The position numbers were made by a program, and so were the translations under genes. Below, piece after piece: positions 13,800-28,100 of a DNA stretch of 64,000 nt. Positions within the stretch are counted from its first letter, which is position 1. Every line of letters starts with the position of its first letter. The notes under the pieces are model-generated. The model had not been told where the DNA came from. It did not search any database and saw nothing but the letters and a program-made list of their open reading frames with translations. This stretch comes from Iphione sp. A-MEVVRFRX5 (taxonomy: Eukaryota). Location: the NCBI GenBank assembly GCA_976226885.1, contig OZ320316.1, positions 87,482,001 through 87,546,000 of the forward strand, given 5' to 3'.

Positions 13800-16700
13800 T
13801 TAAGTTGGACAAGTTGCTTTGTTTATTATCTCATTTGGTGCAAAGTACGCTATGTCTCGTTTGCTATTAGAAGCATAATGTATATAGCAAAGGAGAGATA
13901 ACGTACATTGCACGAAATGACATAATAAATTGAGAAATTGAGAAATATTATTTTGAACAGTTCTACGGCTCGATTTCTATTTTGTTTGTGTATAGGTTTG
14001 GTGCCATAAGCTATGGGGTCTGGTCCTCGCCATCGACATAGAAACATTTTATCATGACTTATAGTTGCTGTCCCCTGCTTTGTCATTAAAGTGATTTTTG
14101 CTAATTCATATCCCCTCCCGTTTCAATTCCAGCTAGAAGGTATACATTACGAAAGACGCTGACAGTCTATGTATTTCTATCCTTGGTCCGTGTGTTGTGA
14201 TGGAGACTAATAACAAAAAAGCTATTTATTTATAGACGGTTCATCCTGACTTCAGACGGGTAAACCCCAAACTAAGTGCACTGGCTACATCGGTACACTG
14301 ACGCGTGGTTCCATCTGCCGTCAAGAGGTTGATGTCATATAACATCGGAACCTATTCCATGTTGTGATGGGTTGGAGAATGACGTCGCTCTTACAACGTA
14401 GTGCTCGAGTCTTACTAGCTATTCCATTGTTCGTTGCAGATGGATGAATCAGGGTCTTGTGAAACTGACAGCTGCGTCACCGAGGTGACCCTTAAGGCAA
14501 AGGTCGACACCCTCGCAGTGCAATTAGTGGTGCAATAATAAGCACTGAGGATCTGTCGCAAAAGGGCATTCTCCTCGCCCATATGACAAATCACCAAGAT
14601 TTATGCAGGTCATACAACAAATGAAGGGATATGACGGTCGATTAATGAAATCCACAATGACTAAACAGTCATACAAGAAAAGACATCACGCAGTAAAAAA
14701 CAATTAAAAACTTGCGTTATTCCTGTCTCCAATGGCGCTGGTCTTCCGCACAGTGTATTTGCAAGAAACATCATTTTGTTCAGTGAAGCCTTCGAGATAT
14801 ATGAAGGATTTCATCACCAATCTAGCCAGGAGTATTCAGTATGGCACAGACTGAAATGGAATTGGCACTACAACAGGAGAGAATCAATTCAGGAAGGTCT
14901 AGAAGTCTGAGTGGTAAGAGACACATTTGTACAGACCATCAGCCAAAGTCATATCGTCTCAGTGTCATCGATGCTGTTTGTCCTCCTCTCAAACTGGCCG
15001 GACCCTCTGGCCGCTGACTACGGAAGGCATATCAATCATGTATGTATAAATATGACTGAACGAACCTAGTTCAGTTCAGTAAGATAGAACCCAATGGTTT
15101 CGTTTCATACTAAATGGAAGGAATATACAGTACATGTATATGCAGCCATAACATACTGACATGTACATAGATGTGTATGCGTATTATCAATGTGTATCAC
15201 AGTGTAAATCAAGTTCTTGAAATAAAAGAAACATCGTATAAACAAAGCAAAAAAAAGTGTTTCACGGCGATGATTATATATGACAAAGATAGAATATATA
15301 GACAGGCAATGTAAATATACAGAAAAGAACACCTGCGCGTTTAACAAAATATATAGAAAAGATATTACGCAAATATACTTACGATACATATGCCAGTTTT
15401 GTCATACTTAAGAGGCCGCACACAATTTCGTTTAACAGAATTCATTTTTATTATTCATGCATTGATCGCTCGCATCCAAGCAGCACTTGCACTACACTAT
15501 GCCGTGCACTGCACACATGATTACACATAACGGTAATGGATAATTTTGTCACCGAGGAAGTTCATGTACATTATTCAGATGCTCATGGCAAACCGTAGGA
15601 CCATCCATTTTTGCTCCGCCAGACTTAGCTTTGTTTTTGTAGCCCTATTTGTGAACGTCCAACCCTGCAAGGTGTTCAAGCCATGGGACATAGCTGGCAG
15701 ATGGTCACCGCTGACCGATAAGAAGTGTCGGGGACGGTCCATGCTTCGTATTTTTTTAAGTGGCTAGACATATATGTAAATACTACTATGTACGCACATG
15801 TTTCGTATACTTCTTTGCGTGTGTTTCCTCTCTGCATGATCCATCCCCTCATTCCCCCGACCGTATCGATTGAAGAGCAAACGACTGACCTGACCTGATT
15901 TTCGTTTGTACTGGGTACACGTGTATGCAATCGGGAAAAATAAAGACGTGAAAACGGAACCGCCTGTTCTCATCGGCTGGTGCTGAGTGCCCACACTGCC
16001 ACCACGGGGCGCAGGTGAGAGATGGCCTTGACTTACTGCCGGGTGAGTAGGGGCAGGCGGGCTCGTTTGTCATGACTCAGCGCGCGATCAAACATTAGCT
16101 GTCTGCCGGCAGCGCTACCCTATTCATGTGACGCTTTCTGTTGCGTTTTGCCCGGTAGAAAGCAAAACAAAATAATCAATGAAATTTTGCAATTCGATGA
16201 ATATGCAGTCAGTATCATTGTATGGTTCCCTGCATTAAAAAAAATGCATAAACCACGAGTAATTGAACTAATATATTTGCCTTGCCTAAGAACTTGCTCC
16301 CAGTTAATGGATGGTTCGGTCAGTGTGGGGTTAAACCGTGGTTGCGGGCCCAGGGCATTCAATAGTGACCGGCCGGGTATTTTCATGCAAAATAGCTGGG
16401 TAAACCACTAAAAGATGCCGATTCTGAAAGGAATGCGGCCGCCATCAAAGGTAGTTTCCTGGTTGGCTAGCCTTAACGACTATTTCCCTGATGCGAATGG
16501 CCAAGTGCCTGCTGACTGTGCATGCAGTATTGATGCAACTGGTCACATGATCACAGAATCGGCAAGGGACGTTAGCACCCCCCCTCCCAACAACAGTCGG
16601 CATTTGAAGGGAAATATAGAGCTGCAGTCTAAGGAAATAACGTTCTTGTGGCAGGTGGTCCTTCACCTGCTGGTCGAGAGTTGGTCACTGATTGCCATGG

Positions 16701-17039
16701 GGACCGACCGTATCGCCAGCCACTGCCATTTACCGAGCACCATCTGACTAGGAGTCGTCACACTTAAAACCCAGGCACACCGGACTACTACCCTCCTGGA
16801 CAGACGGCACAGACGAAGACCGATTAGTTACGTTAGAAAGCCCCGACTATTTTATACACCACCAAGCAAAAACTAACCGGCGAGTGTGACTGTCCGGGGG
16901 TATTATGTTAGAGCCACCCGAGAAATCATAAAACTATGAGGAAACCTTGCCTGTAGTGTATTTCAGCGTTCATGTAGAAGTGCGCACACCCCGGTAATGC
17001 CCAGCCAGAGTTTGGATTAAACACAAACACAGACCTTCA

Positions 17040-17950
17040 TAAAGACACCTATTCACGGGCCGGCAATAGCGTCTGTCTCGGCGGGCACTGCTCGCGCCGC
17101 CAGCGCAGCCTCCGCCACTGTCAGCGCCAGTTTGTGTTCCGGTCGTGCGCGGGGCCCACAGTGATAGAGGACGCGCTACTGGTGCACGGCCCACCCACTC
17201 GACGCCGCAGAGGAGATCGGCGCCTACCGGCCGCAGGGCCACCGAGAGCAATTCGTCGGCCGTGAAAGTCACAGACCGGTGAGCACAAGGGAGGGGAGAG
17301 AGGGTGCTGACACCATTCGGTTGATAGGTTCATGACAACGCCTACGACTGCGGAGGACGAAAGGGCGCGGCTGCTAAAAAGATTTCTCTGCTGTTGTAGT
17401 GGTTAACATCATACCAGTGTACAGGAACAGGAAGGCCCCATCCCCTGCGGCACCCCTGCCAACACAGGGCGAATATTAAGGAGAAAAAAGCCCCGAGGAA
17501 ATGTTTATGGTGCCTCAATATCTCGATGTCAAAGGCATAGGCTGAGAGGATCAAGTGCACGTGACAGGAATCGGGAGGCTCTAGCATCTACCCGCGCTTT
17601 TTACGGCACCTGACACCAAACGGTACCTGGCACTAGCGAGGGCACTGGTCTTCTCCCTGCTGACCGCCGGCTAGACCTACCTGGACGCTCGTCTTGATTG
17701 AGTAAGGGACAGACAGACGGTGGAGCGCCCTCCTTTCGCCAGTCATTCACCGCCAAGGCAGGGCAGCTCTCTTTATCCGCAGCTCGGCTCCTGTAGCTTA
17801 GACCATGGAGACAGCTGCTGCAGCATCCAGCATCCAGGCTGGGCGACCATCAGTAGTACTACCGCCGCCGCCGCCGCCACTGCCGCCAGCGTTGTGAGGC
17901 GAAGATCACTCCGCTCTCACTCACCAGCACCGCCTCCGACACATACCACA
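17040..17950 (+). promoter_or_regulatory. CpG/GC-rich region, probable promoter or 5' leader of the PVF gene
   Basis: Visibly dense in CG dinucleotides against the AT-rich background, 1-2 kb upstream of exon 1. Contains a donor-like CCG|GTGAGC (17279), an acceptor-like ctctctttatccgcag| (17782) and a (CCG)n tract. No TSS can be assigned. Confidence 0.45.
17862..17879 (+). repeat. (CCG)5-CCA trinucleotide tract
   Basis: ccgccgccgccgccgcca read directly from the sequence. Confidence 0.9.
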
Positions 17951-19007
17951 GGAGGACGAGCTACTCGCACACCGCCACGAGCACTTCAACTTGCTTGCCG
18001 GCACTTGGAAAACAGAACTAGACCAAACCAGTGGTACTGAGACTTCCTGGCTAATACCTTCCCAGTTGGCAACGAATCGATTATAATCTTTGTGTGTCGG
18101 AGAAGAGTAACCACCCATAAAAAGCCGTCGTCTCCTTGGCCCTACATCTCCACAGTGGGTATTTATGATCACGAGCGCTTGTGTAGTTATTGAAGGCAGA
18201 CTTGGAGAGAAGAACACCAATTGGTGGGATGTATGGATGACTGGTTGGATGACTGGTTCCCACTGTGTGAGGGCTTTGTGTATTGTAGGCGAACGGCGCG
18301 TCAGGCGTGGCGGAAAACGTGCGTATTGTTGCAACCCAATGTGAAGGATGTCTCCAATGTGCGGAGGTGGTTGTACCATCGGAGGGCGCCCATAGAAATC
18401 TACCATCCAACAATACATCCAGGGCTAGCACGAAGAAGTCTCCTGCATGGTCGTGGAAATCAGCATATTACCATCACTCCAGAGCACCCTCAGAGTAGCT
18501 CACTTGCTCTCAACTTGCTCAACTAATGGAATAACACCGGCCCACAGCTGCTCAAATTACGCTTCGTCCTGCACCATACTGGACCGCAACTACTGCTACT
18601 GTTTATTCATGCATGCCTTAAAGATTGACTGCACAGTTTGAGGAAATATTTAGGCAAATATTATTTTCCATCGCCCGTGCATGTCCTGAAGCACCAGGAT
18701 CTATGGATCCGCCAAATAACGGCAGCGCCACCAAATCTAACATTTCAGTCACACACCTGAGGGGTTTCTCCTTGTACTGACACTGAGCAGACAGGTGTCA
18801 GCTTTGTCCCAGGTGTGGCATCACCCTCTAGGGCAGGCGATCACCATGGTTATAGGTGAGATATTTCAGTGGAGACGCAGCGGGCCATGGGGACTCGCTA
18901 CTGCTGGAGGTGCCTGGAGGTCGTTCCGTTCCCCGAGGCGAACGAGTGGTCAACTGGCATTGACGACACCGACCCTGTACAGTGCCGTCCGGCTAGTCGA
19001 ACAGGTC

Positions 19008-19160
19008 ATGCTGATAGTTGGCGTTTTCCTCATGCACCTCACCTGTGGCCAGCAGCTAGACGTTAATGGCGCAAAGCGATACAATGAGCCCGGTACTGAC
19101 ATTGCCCTAACACAAGAGGACCTGAGGAACCTGCAAGAGGACCAGCTAACACCGTATCGG
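19008..19160 (+). CDS. PVF exon 1 (putative): signal peptide MLIVGVFLMHLTCG followed by QQLDVNGAKRYNEPGTDIALTQEDLRNLQEDQLTPYR
   Basis: Hydrophobic N-terminus ending in a small-residue cleavage-like site (TCG/QQ). Donor CGG|GTACGT at 19161 is phase 0, matching the phase-0 acceptor at 42529. It lies just downstream of a CpG-rich region. The true start codon is uncertain (see findings). Confidence 0.68.
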
Positions 19161-22100
19161 GTACGTAGAAACCTCGCTAATTTGTCATATCCCTCTCTTT
19201 AAATGAATGTATGTACAGTTCATTGGAATAGTTTTTGTGTAATTCATATCTTGTCTAATAAATTGAATGTCCCTTTTCCCGAAAGTTTCTAAGATGTTTT
19301 ATCAAATACACTCACTATTTACATATTGCAATGAAAAGTTTTAAAAAATCAGTTTTATATACAACAGTGAAGGGTTTATATTTTCCTAATTCCCATGGAA
19401 TGGTTTGCCATTTGTATCACTCGTATTTCTCCTCTAACCAAAGCTAACTAATAATGACTGTCTCAGGAGTTATCTAAAGGGAAAGTAGACACAATAAACA
19501 CCTTTTTACAGGTTCATGCGACATCCTAAGACACTGACATATGCAATGGAGAACTTAATTGCTTGTTGCAACTACTGTAATTGAGAAGTACATCTGAGGG
19601 GAGGAGGGCAAGGTCTGAGGTAGTAGGTTGCACGTGAAAATCTGATGTTTTACCCAGTGTGTGGTGTTGCAAGGTGCGAGAGAACCATCTTTGGCTGACT
19701 TTATGCCTGGAATAGTGAGGATTTGACATATACGATTATAAAGAGATTCATTCTTTTCTAGGCCTATATGTCTGGAATAGCGATTGTGCTGGAATATAGA
19801 GGTGACGGAATAGTGAGTTTTACTGTAAACAAATATCATATATATATTCCCTCTACACCCTTCGGATGTTTCGAAAATAATCGACCAAAATCAGTATAAT
19901 AAATGCTGTGAGCAAGACTAAGGCTACATGGCTTTTTTCTTTGAACGAACGATCCACAATTATTTCATGAACATGGGTTGATAGAGGTGCATCGTCCGAT
20001 GTAATGAGCTACTCCGCTATGAGTCCATTTCTCACGAGGGGTTTGTTTACCAGCTACCCCCCCCCCCTTTACCACAGGCGTAAAGTCCCACCTGGTTTGC
20101 ACCTGCTCCTGGCCCGACATAGCAAACTTATTTGCTTCTTCTTTGTGTGGCTTAATAGATGAGACCGTGTCCGTCCCACCTTGTAAAAGAGATCCTTACA
20201 AATTCCCAAGTCCATGGTGAATACGTAACATGAAGACAATGTGTGAGGAGGACGGGGCCTCGCGAGTCTTGGCTGCCTCCTGTAAATAAGTGGCTGTCCT
20301 ACTTTTAAATATGTGAGGAGCATTGGCTTACTGAAGGGAAATACATGTAAGGAGAAAAGAAAACTTAGCAATGAGTAGTGAAGCATAGGCAATACAGCCC
20401 TGCTGAATTAACACGTGATGGCTTAATCGCATGAGAAGAGTGTTCTACCAAAAGCTTGCACTTAAGTCTCTTGCGAAAGTAGCTTATAAAGGGGACTGGT
20501 TTTTAAAACGCTTTCACTGGAATGGGTTACGTTAGATACCTACCATAAATAATAGATAAAGGAGCACGAGCGGGAAAGGCGGCTTTCATCGGTCAGTAGA
20601 TTAGCAGCCTGTGGAAGAATCTATTAAATATGGATATAAAGAAAGATCAAGCTCAAATTTGACATACTAAAAGTGCTAACTTCCCGACCGGAAATCTTCT
20701 GGCGTGCCATAGGGAAGTCATCAGTTTTCGCGGTGGCAATTCGCGCCTTTCTATTTTGCATTATTATTTCTTTTGTGAATGTTTTAAACATATTTTCCAT
20801 ATCACACCGGAAAAACAATAGTCGTGTCATTTTCCCCACGACGGTGAAAGTACATTCGGTACAACTAAACAGAACATCGCACTTTATCAGCTGTATCCCA
20901 TCGTCTTGCACTGCGTCGAACCCAGAACGCTGTTTCCTTTTTTATATTGTCACTCACGAGATTCCAAGTACTATCCACGAAAGGGGAAAATACCAAGGGT
21001 CCTTGGCCGATTGTGCTTACGCGACACATTTTCAAGAGTACCGAAGTGCTTCATAACCTTGAGTGACACCGCCGGGTCGAGGCCGGGGGCAACTTAACCT
21101 GCTTCTGTAGCGTTTATCGTTTTTTTACCAGGCCTGTAATGTGACTTGGATAAGACTAATGGAATTATCATAGGTATGTTTCTCTTATTGGGTTCAGACC
21201 AGGTGGTTGACAGTACGGTATGGGCTTGCAAGGGGCATGGTTCTTGTCACCCGCGGTGTAACTCACAATCTACTCCTCGAGCAACCCGCAGTATTATCGT
21301 CGCTTGCTCCCTAACGTCGTCTCCTAAAAACACGGCTTTCTTACTAGTACCACAGAACCAAAAATAAAGGCGTGAAAAAGCGCACGTTGTCATCAAGCCC
21401 CAGGGACGAGTAGTAAATAACTAGCTAATGGATACAAGGGTAGGAGAGCTAGCTGTTTACTAGAAGTCAAAAACCGCTGTGGTTGTCTGGTGGCAAACTA
21501 TGCATCGTCAGAGGTGGTATGAGGCGGGGGAAGGGGGGTAGGTTAAGGGGTTTTATAGAAGCAGGTGGCTGGTGAGTCGTCGGGACCTCCCAAGAAAGAA
21601 AGCATGCAGTGACGCCTCCTGGCAGCCTCGACTACTTGACATTGGCAATGGTAGATACGGGGTGCTGCTATGGCAACCGCTCTGCCCAAACAACCTGAGA
21701 CTTCTGGTTTGTTGCTGCAATACCGAAAGCGGAGAGGAAGTGGATTCAACTCCCACTCACACCCCCACCCCCCAAAAAAGCCAAATATGTTAAAGTTTTA
21801 ACGTCGTGGTGCTACTGTTCTAGTCAGAAGGAAGGTAACCTCTCCCACACACCCGCTGATAACACCCCTAAGCTTCAGTCAGTAATGGCATCGACTAATC
21901 AATACTGAGCGGGCACTCATATTCATAAAGCACTGATCTCATCGCCCCCGCTCCTTCCCTACTTCTTCTGTGTCACTCAATCCCTCCATATCTCTTCCTG
22001 ACCCTTTCTCTTTACCTCTGATATTATTTCCTTCTCATATTTACACACAGAAGCAGTTATTACTTTCCACTTTCCTCTTTGCCAGAGCTATTCTTAGACG

Positions 22101-25100
22101 CACGGGTTGGACAGGGCCGGGTCCGTCCAGAGGCACTGCACGTTGATCAGAAATCACTGCGGCCATTGCAATACGATGTTGAATCAATACTCTAATTGTT
22201 TTTCAAATATTTATTGTGTGCCTTTCAGCGTTTACATGTCTCTCATTATCAACATGGCAAGGCTGTCACTAATACGCACTCAGCTCAATCACTCTCAACA
22301 TTTGGCGCATACCATTGTAAAAGACAGCAGTAGTGTTACACTATCACTATCTAGAATGTGTATACATGTATACATGTACATTGTATGTACACATATAAAC
22401 GCACGCCCGGTGCTTTTGCACCCTATGGCAATGTGTATGTTGACTGTAAATAGACGAAAAATACTGAGGTTAAAACACGAGCAAGGGTGCCTGCCTCAAA
22501 AGTGCTTGTCATTATTTTGAACTGCTATCGGAAAAGTTCGCCTTTCCCCTAAATCCGTTATTTAAGCCAAAGAAAAGCTTGTCATAATGACAGCCACAAA
22601 CATCACTATCGTTGCGGGCTATTAACGGAGGGATGACTTTAAGTCCTCGGAGACGATTTGAAGGAAAGTTGTCCTTTCATCGTAAATATTCATAGACAGC
22701 CGGTCTCGCTTACGGGGAGGTGCTTTTACCGGAACCTGATTGTCGTCTGGTTCGGAGTTGACAGTTTGATGCCAGTATGTGCCCGAAGCTCGCCGCAGCG
22801 GGCACTGCGCCGGCTTCCAATGTTGTAAAGGGGCAGACCCCTTTGCCAACAGGACATGATCGTCCTGCTGCGACTGTCACGCGAAAACCCACCCCACCTA
22901 CATCACACGCATCTAGTACCTCCGACCTTGGAGGCAAAATCGGTGGAGAAATTAGATGAACGAGTACTGTTAATGTTCAGTGAAAGCTGTTCAAATGGGA
23001 CCATCTTATTTTTTATTCACGTGATTATTTAGAATTGACGACCCATACAATCCACACGAATTTTCAAATACCGTCCAAATACCATGGAAATCCGGGTGCC
23101 GTAGGGGTTAACGTGCCGCGTGCTGAACATGACCAAGTAGTGGTTAGGGATTCTGGTAGTGGTGTCGTCTGGATCACCAGGATTTAGCTTTCCCAGCAGT
23201 CAACATCGATAACAGGCTTAACTGGCGTCCTCTTTGTCTTATCGCAGAGCAGGTGTAATTGGATTAGAACCATAGACACTGCATTTAAAGCATGCGCATC
23301 ACACATACCGATCACCGTTACAGAAGCATTAATAAGAACCATTTGGCGAGCCACAGGAGACGTTCAGCGAAATGTACTACAGAGGCGGGAGACTGGAAAG
23401 GAAAAAGAAAAACATAAATAAAGCAGGCCCTGGATCTACGGCCAGCGGCTCGCTAAAACCGATGGCCCCTCTCTCCATCATGCCCTTCTGAGCCTCCATT
23501 TGTTTTCCGGTCATTTCGCTTGGCGTCCGGTCGACTAACTCCATACAACAAAGTTCCTCTTGCACAAAAATTACTTTTTTCCTCCGTTTCCCTCTACACG
23601 GCTATCTACAACCGTCATCAATTCGCCATACTTGGACGGCCATGGCCTTCCTCTTGTCTTGCCCTCTAGATATATATATCTAATAACAAAAAGGATCACC
23701 CAATGTCCAAGTGGATAAATTATGCTTGTATGTATGGGCCAGCTTGATGGGCATTATATATGTAACGTGCAGCATATAAAAAAGGAATACATATAGATTG
23801 AATGTCCAAATGATAGCAGCCATTCAGAGCCTCTTCTGACAAAGGAACGATTACACATTCTAATACTTGCAGTGTACTATCGTACAATCAGCGTGATATA
23901 TGCCTTGCTACCATGCCAGACTTAAAGATAGAATAAACGATAATGTGGTTGAACAGATGTATTGTAAAAACATAAATTGATGAAAAAAATCTTTACAATA
24001 CACAAGAAAGAATTGTCCTCTGCAAAGAGAGATGTGCATTTTTTCAGAAAAATCTTGTCCAAATGAAGTCGTTTGCCTTTGAATATTCTACTCTGTCCTT
24101 TCGACTGCCTTGTATATGTTGCTTCTAGGGTCCTTGTCCCATTTTGTCAAGTGCTCTCAAATAATGAGCTATACTGGCCTGGAAGACAAGGGTCCCTTTT
24201 GGCGGTGTCATGACACGGATACTGAAACACCTGCGCCATGTCCCTCTGGTTGTAAAGCAGCGCGGGCTTATCAGATTATTCACTGTACTGTTGTGTTTAT
24301 AGCTCATTAGATCACAATGTCCTTACCGTGAGAGCCGGAAATATCACATTGAGCTTAGCCATTCATCCCCCCCTTACCACAAATTTAGACCCATTTATTC
24401 AGAATACGTTTCATGACGATTCCACACAAATATGTCCGTGAAACCTAACCTGAAAAGGACAAGATATTCATTTTCTCATTTCGTTAGAGCATCGGGAATC
24501 CATGTCAGCATCCCAAGTATCGGGAAATCCCGGGGCCTCCCCAAGCCTTCTCGTGCTTAAGGCCTAATCCTGAATTTCCTATGTTGTCTCACCACACCGG
24601 ATCTACCGACGTTTCTGTCATCAATGGGGGCGCAGTCAAAGATAGGTGGGTTCATTGTGACGGAAAGTGGATGTAGACATTGTGGATGTAGACTTCATCT
24701 CCTTTCGACATGCATACTCGGGGTCGGGGTGTAGTGTAGTCCTCGTGATTGTCTTTTGCACGCCGCTTTTGGTTCGGTGGAGATTACACCCAAGGGACTA
24801 TATACTACTTACAATAACCGACCATGCAGCTGTCATTTAATGCCGTCTGTTCCAAAACACATTATGAACTGCCTGGCTCCAGAGTCATGGGAACATCACG
24901 CACTGATATTTACTTACTTGTCATGAACTACATCAGGACGTATTCGAAACAAAAACCCATTGAGCTGATGATTTAATAGTTCAAGCCAAAGGAGTGGCAA
25001 AATATTAACTCATGTCAGTTGAAGGACACTAAAGCATTACTCAAGAAGATAGAAACAGAAACCAAATGTTATAATGTACCATGGCAGACCAGCAATGCAG

Positions 25101-28100
25101 AACGTGGACTATGCTCCCCTTTGCTACCAGTTGTCTTAAAGAAGAGGCTGATATCGCACCATAGCTCCCTTCTCTCCCTAAGAGCAATTAGAAACCACGG
25201 ACGCGCTCGTGCGAACCATGTTTATTAAATTTTAAAGTCATCCTTAAGCATTTCTGCACTTGAATTTGCTCTAAATTGATAGAGTACGTGGATAACATAC
25301 ATATTTAACTAGGAAGCAAACGACACAGGCTTTGATCAGCAAAACAACGTAGTGACACCGGTGTATGGCGGAATCTAGGAACGACCTTAAATAACACTGC
25401 TCTTTGCAACCGAGGTTAAGGTCAAATATGTTCTCTTCGAACACGATTATTCTCTTTACATTTTCCCACCATTTGCTGCAGTAAGCACCGGGAGAAGACA
25501 TGCAAATGTTCCCTTGCGTGGAAGGCCAGATGGAGGAATCGGGTTGAGATTCAGGAAAACCTGGGTTGGTTAAGAAGCTAGCGACGTATTTTGGCAACCG
25601 TGAGAGGCATTACGGACTGTCACGATTGAGGAACGCACATGTAACGGTGTCGTGTTGCATGGAGGAAACCCTTGTCGTTGAGGAAGACACGACATGCTGC
25701 TTAGGCCCGTTCACATCGATTGCCTCCAAGCGGTTACAGCCTGCATGCATGGATGCCTGGAAACTGATCTTACACTCCTTCCGCGTTCATTGTAGTGGTT
25801 CGCAATAGTTCTTGTGTTCCGCCAATATCAGTGATTATCAATCTATTCGTTCAAAGCTACGTTTGGCGGAATGGTGGTTTGTGTGGCACACATTGTTTTC
25901 CCATAGGAATTGGATCCGCTTACATGATGGTAACGTTTCAATGGCAGCATTGATGCTATACGAACACGTAAATCAAGAATTAGGGATGCATGTCAAACTA
26001 TTGTTTTCATGATATTTCCAATTTCCGATTTTGTCGTCATTGTAAACATCATAGCGAAAAAATAATTCAGCTAATGGACCCTCGAAGGTGAAAACTGACT
26101 TCTTTTTTCGCGATTCCTCTCGTTGAAAGAGTAAAAACACTGCCAGGCCGATGACACTGATTAATTTGATTTAATGTAAGCAGCTTTCATCAAAGAGAAA
26201 AGCGTGTTGGTGCCCTTGTGATTCTTAAGCTCTCCTAGAGATGGAACTGTAGATACGATTACATTGAAAGCCTACTCTGCTCTGTAGCCTTCGGTGATGC
26301 CTTTGAGTTCATGCAGAACCTACCTACAAACAGCGTGCTCATTTCTGGGATGGAGCAGAGCTCCCTCTCGTCGCATCCCTTTCATACACATCCTTGAACA
26401 CCCACACTCCTGTCACGTGAAACTTTCTGAAGTGCTGGAAGTCAAACTCTCGGAATGTAAATTGTGACCAGGGGAAACCCGCAGCTACATTTAGCAACTC
26501 CGGCAGATAAAAATCCAGTTATATTAGGCACGAGTGTGACCCTTTGCAAGGAAAGGGAACACCAAGTCGTGATGTTAGATTGAGAGCAAGACCAGCATTC
26601 TCCGGCTCAGCCTGATAGACCTCCAGGATGCGGTCGCCATGTCATTCTTGCACAGTGTACGCTAAGGACGCTACGTTAGCCATGTAAGAAAAACAACGAG
26701 TTTGTTGTCATCCGTCACCAGAGTGGTGACGCCAAGCACAAAGCTTACAGAAATAGCTGGCCAAGGAGTGTCAGCCCACCGGCAATGTGACCTTGATGCA
26801 GTGGGGTCGGGAACTAAATAGAGTACCTTTTCAACGGAATCTTCCCAATAAATCATAACTTCGGAACGAAAGCAATGAGCATCACGTCACTGGATCGTGC
26901 CACAGTAATAAATATTGACAGTATAATACCAAATATTTCTCTTCATGGAAATCTATGCTTATCCTTAGTGTTGTTATTTTGATGGCATTTCAACTTCCCA
27001 CCGTGTCTGGTCTATTGGGGATGATCTAAATACGTAAACCCGAAGGCGATGGCCATCTGATGATTTCTATCGAGATGTATTATAACAAACCAACCGAAAA
27101 TAGAATCCTGTCTAACACTTGGCTTCCTCTTCGCCCTGAGCAAACCTGGTGAGCTTCACCTTCAGCTTTAATTTACGTTGCCATTGGTTCAGCTATTAGG
27201 TGCTGTCACATTATTAACAGAATAACCCTGTTTGTGGCGTTGTACATGCGTCACCGGAATATAACAAAGAATCAAACGGTCAACGTATTAATAAGATAGA
27301 GAAGTCCTAGAATCAACCGTTTGAAGATACAGTATACACAAAATGACAAATGCAACAATTAATTCTTTTTCAGTTGAATGTCTACAAACATGCATATATA
27401 TAATTTTTTTACCAAATTTGATATAGCTGACACCGTACATAGCAGTATTACGTAAAATGAATATCATTTAAAAATGATAAATTACGTCTGATCAGTATGT
27501 GGTTTCCTGCAGAATCTTAAGTAGTCTATGGGGTTTAACTAGAAGATCTTATCACTTTTTCTCACCTGTCTAAGTGGTTGTAGATGAATGAGGTAATAAC
27601 CACTGCCAAAAAGATCATATTTTGTAAGACCAAAGTGTTTAGGCACTTACATTTGGAAACGTGTAATTAGATATATATTAAGAACTGTGTATTTCCCGCA
27701 AGACCTAGACCAAAGCGAGCTGAACATATATATCACAGCAAAGCTCGATACGTCTACTTTCCCTTTCGGTCTGCGGGGACACATTTGATAATGTTTTCCC
27801 AGTGGTGGGCAGTGGGAGATGGTACAGTGGTCACCCCCACCCCCTTCGAGTCTGCTTCTTTGGGATTCTAAGCTTAGACGTTGTGTAGACATTGAACACC
27901 TGCCACATCAAGTGGCCGACCACTTTTGTTTGTCTGTATCCGGTCTGCTCATTGTCACGTTACCCTCATTTAGAGTGTCTAAACACCGGACGCACGAACA
28001 CTCGCCTTCCTTTGGAGTAGAAGAACAGATTTCAAAGACGGGCGCTTCAGCTTAGAGAAAAATCAGCAAAATCTTCTTCACCGTTAATGTGTGTTGCTCT

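Noticed and set aside
18221-18526. ORF with WRKTCVLLQPNVKDVSNVRRW, faintly like LINE RT domain 1
   Set aside because: No following RPISLL, QxGF or DxxKAFD motifs in any frame.
22710-22937. QSGSGKST resembling a Walker A motif
   Set aside because: The first Gly of GxxxxGK[ST] is missing, there is no preceding hydrophobic strand, and no splice context.
26400-26860. Minus-strand segments resembling RT (VTDD…GLALN) or a coding exon
   Set aside because: Spacing and residues are too loose to distinguish from chance.
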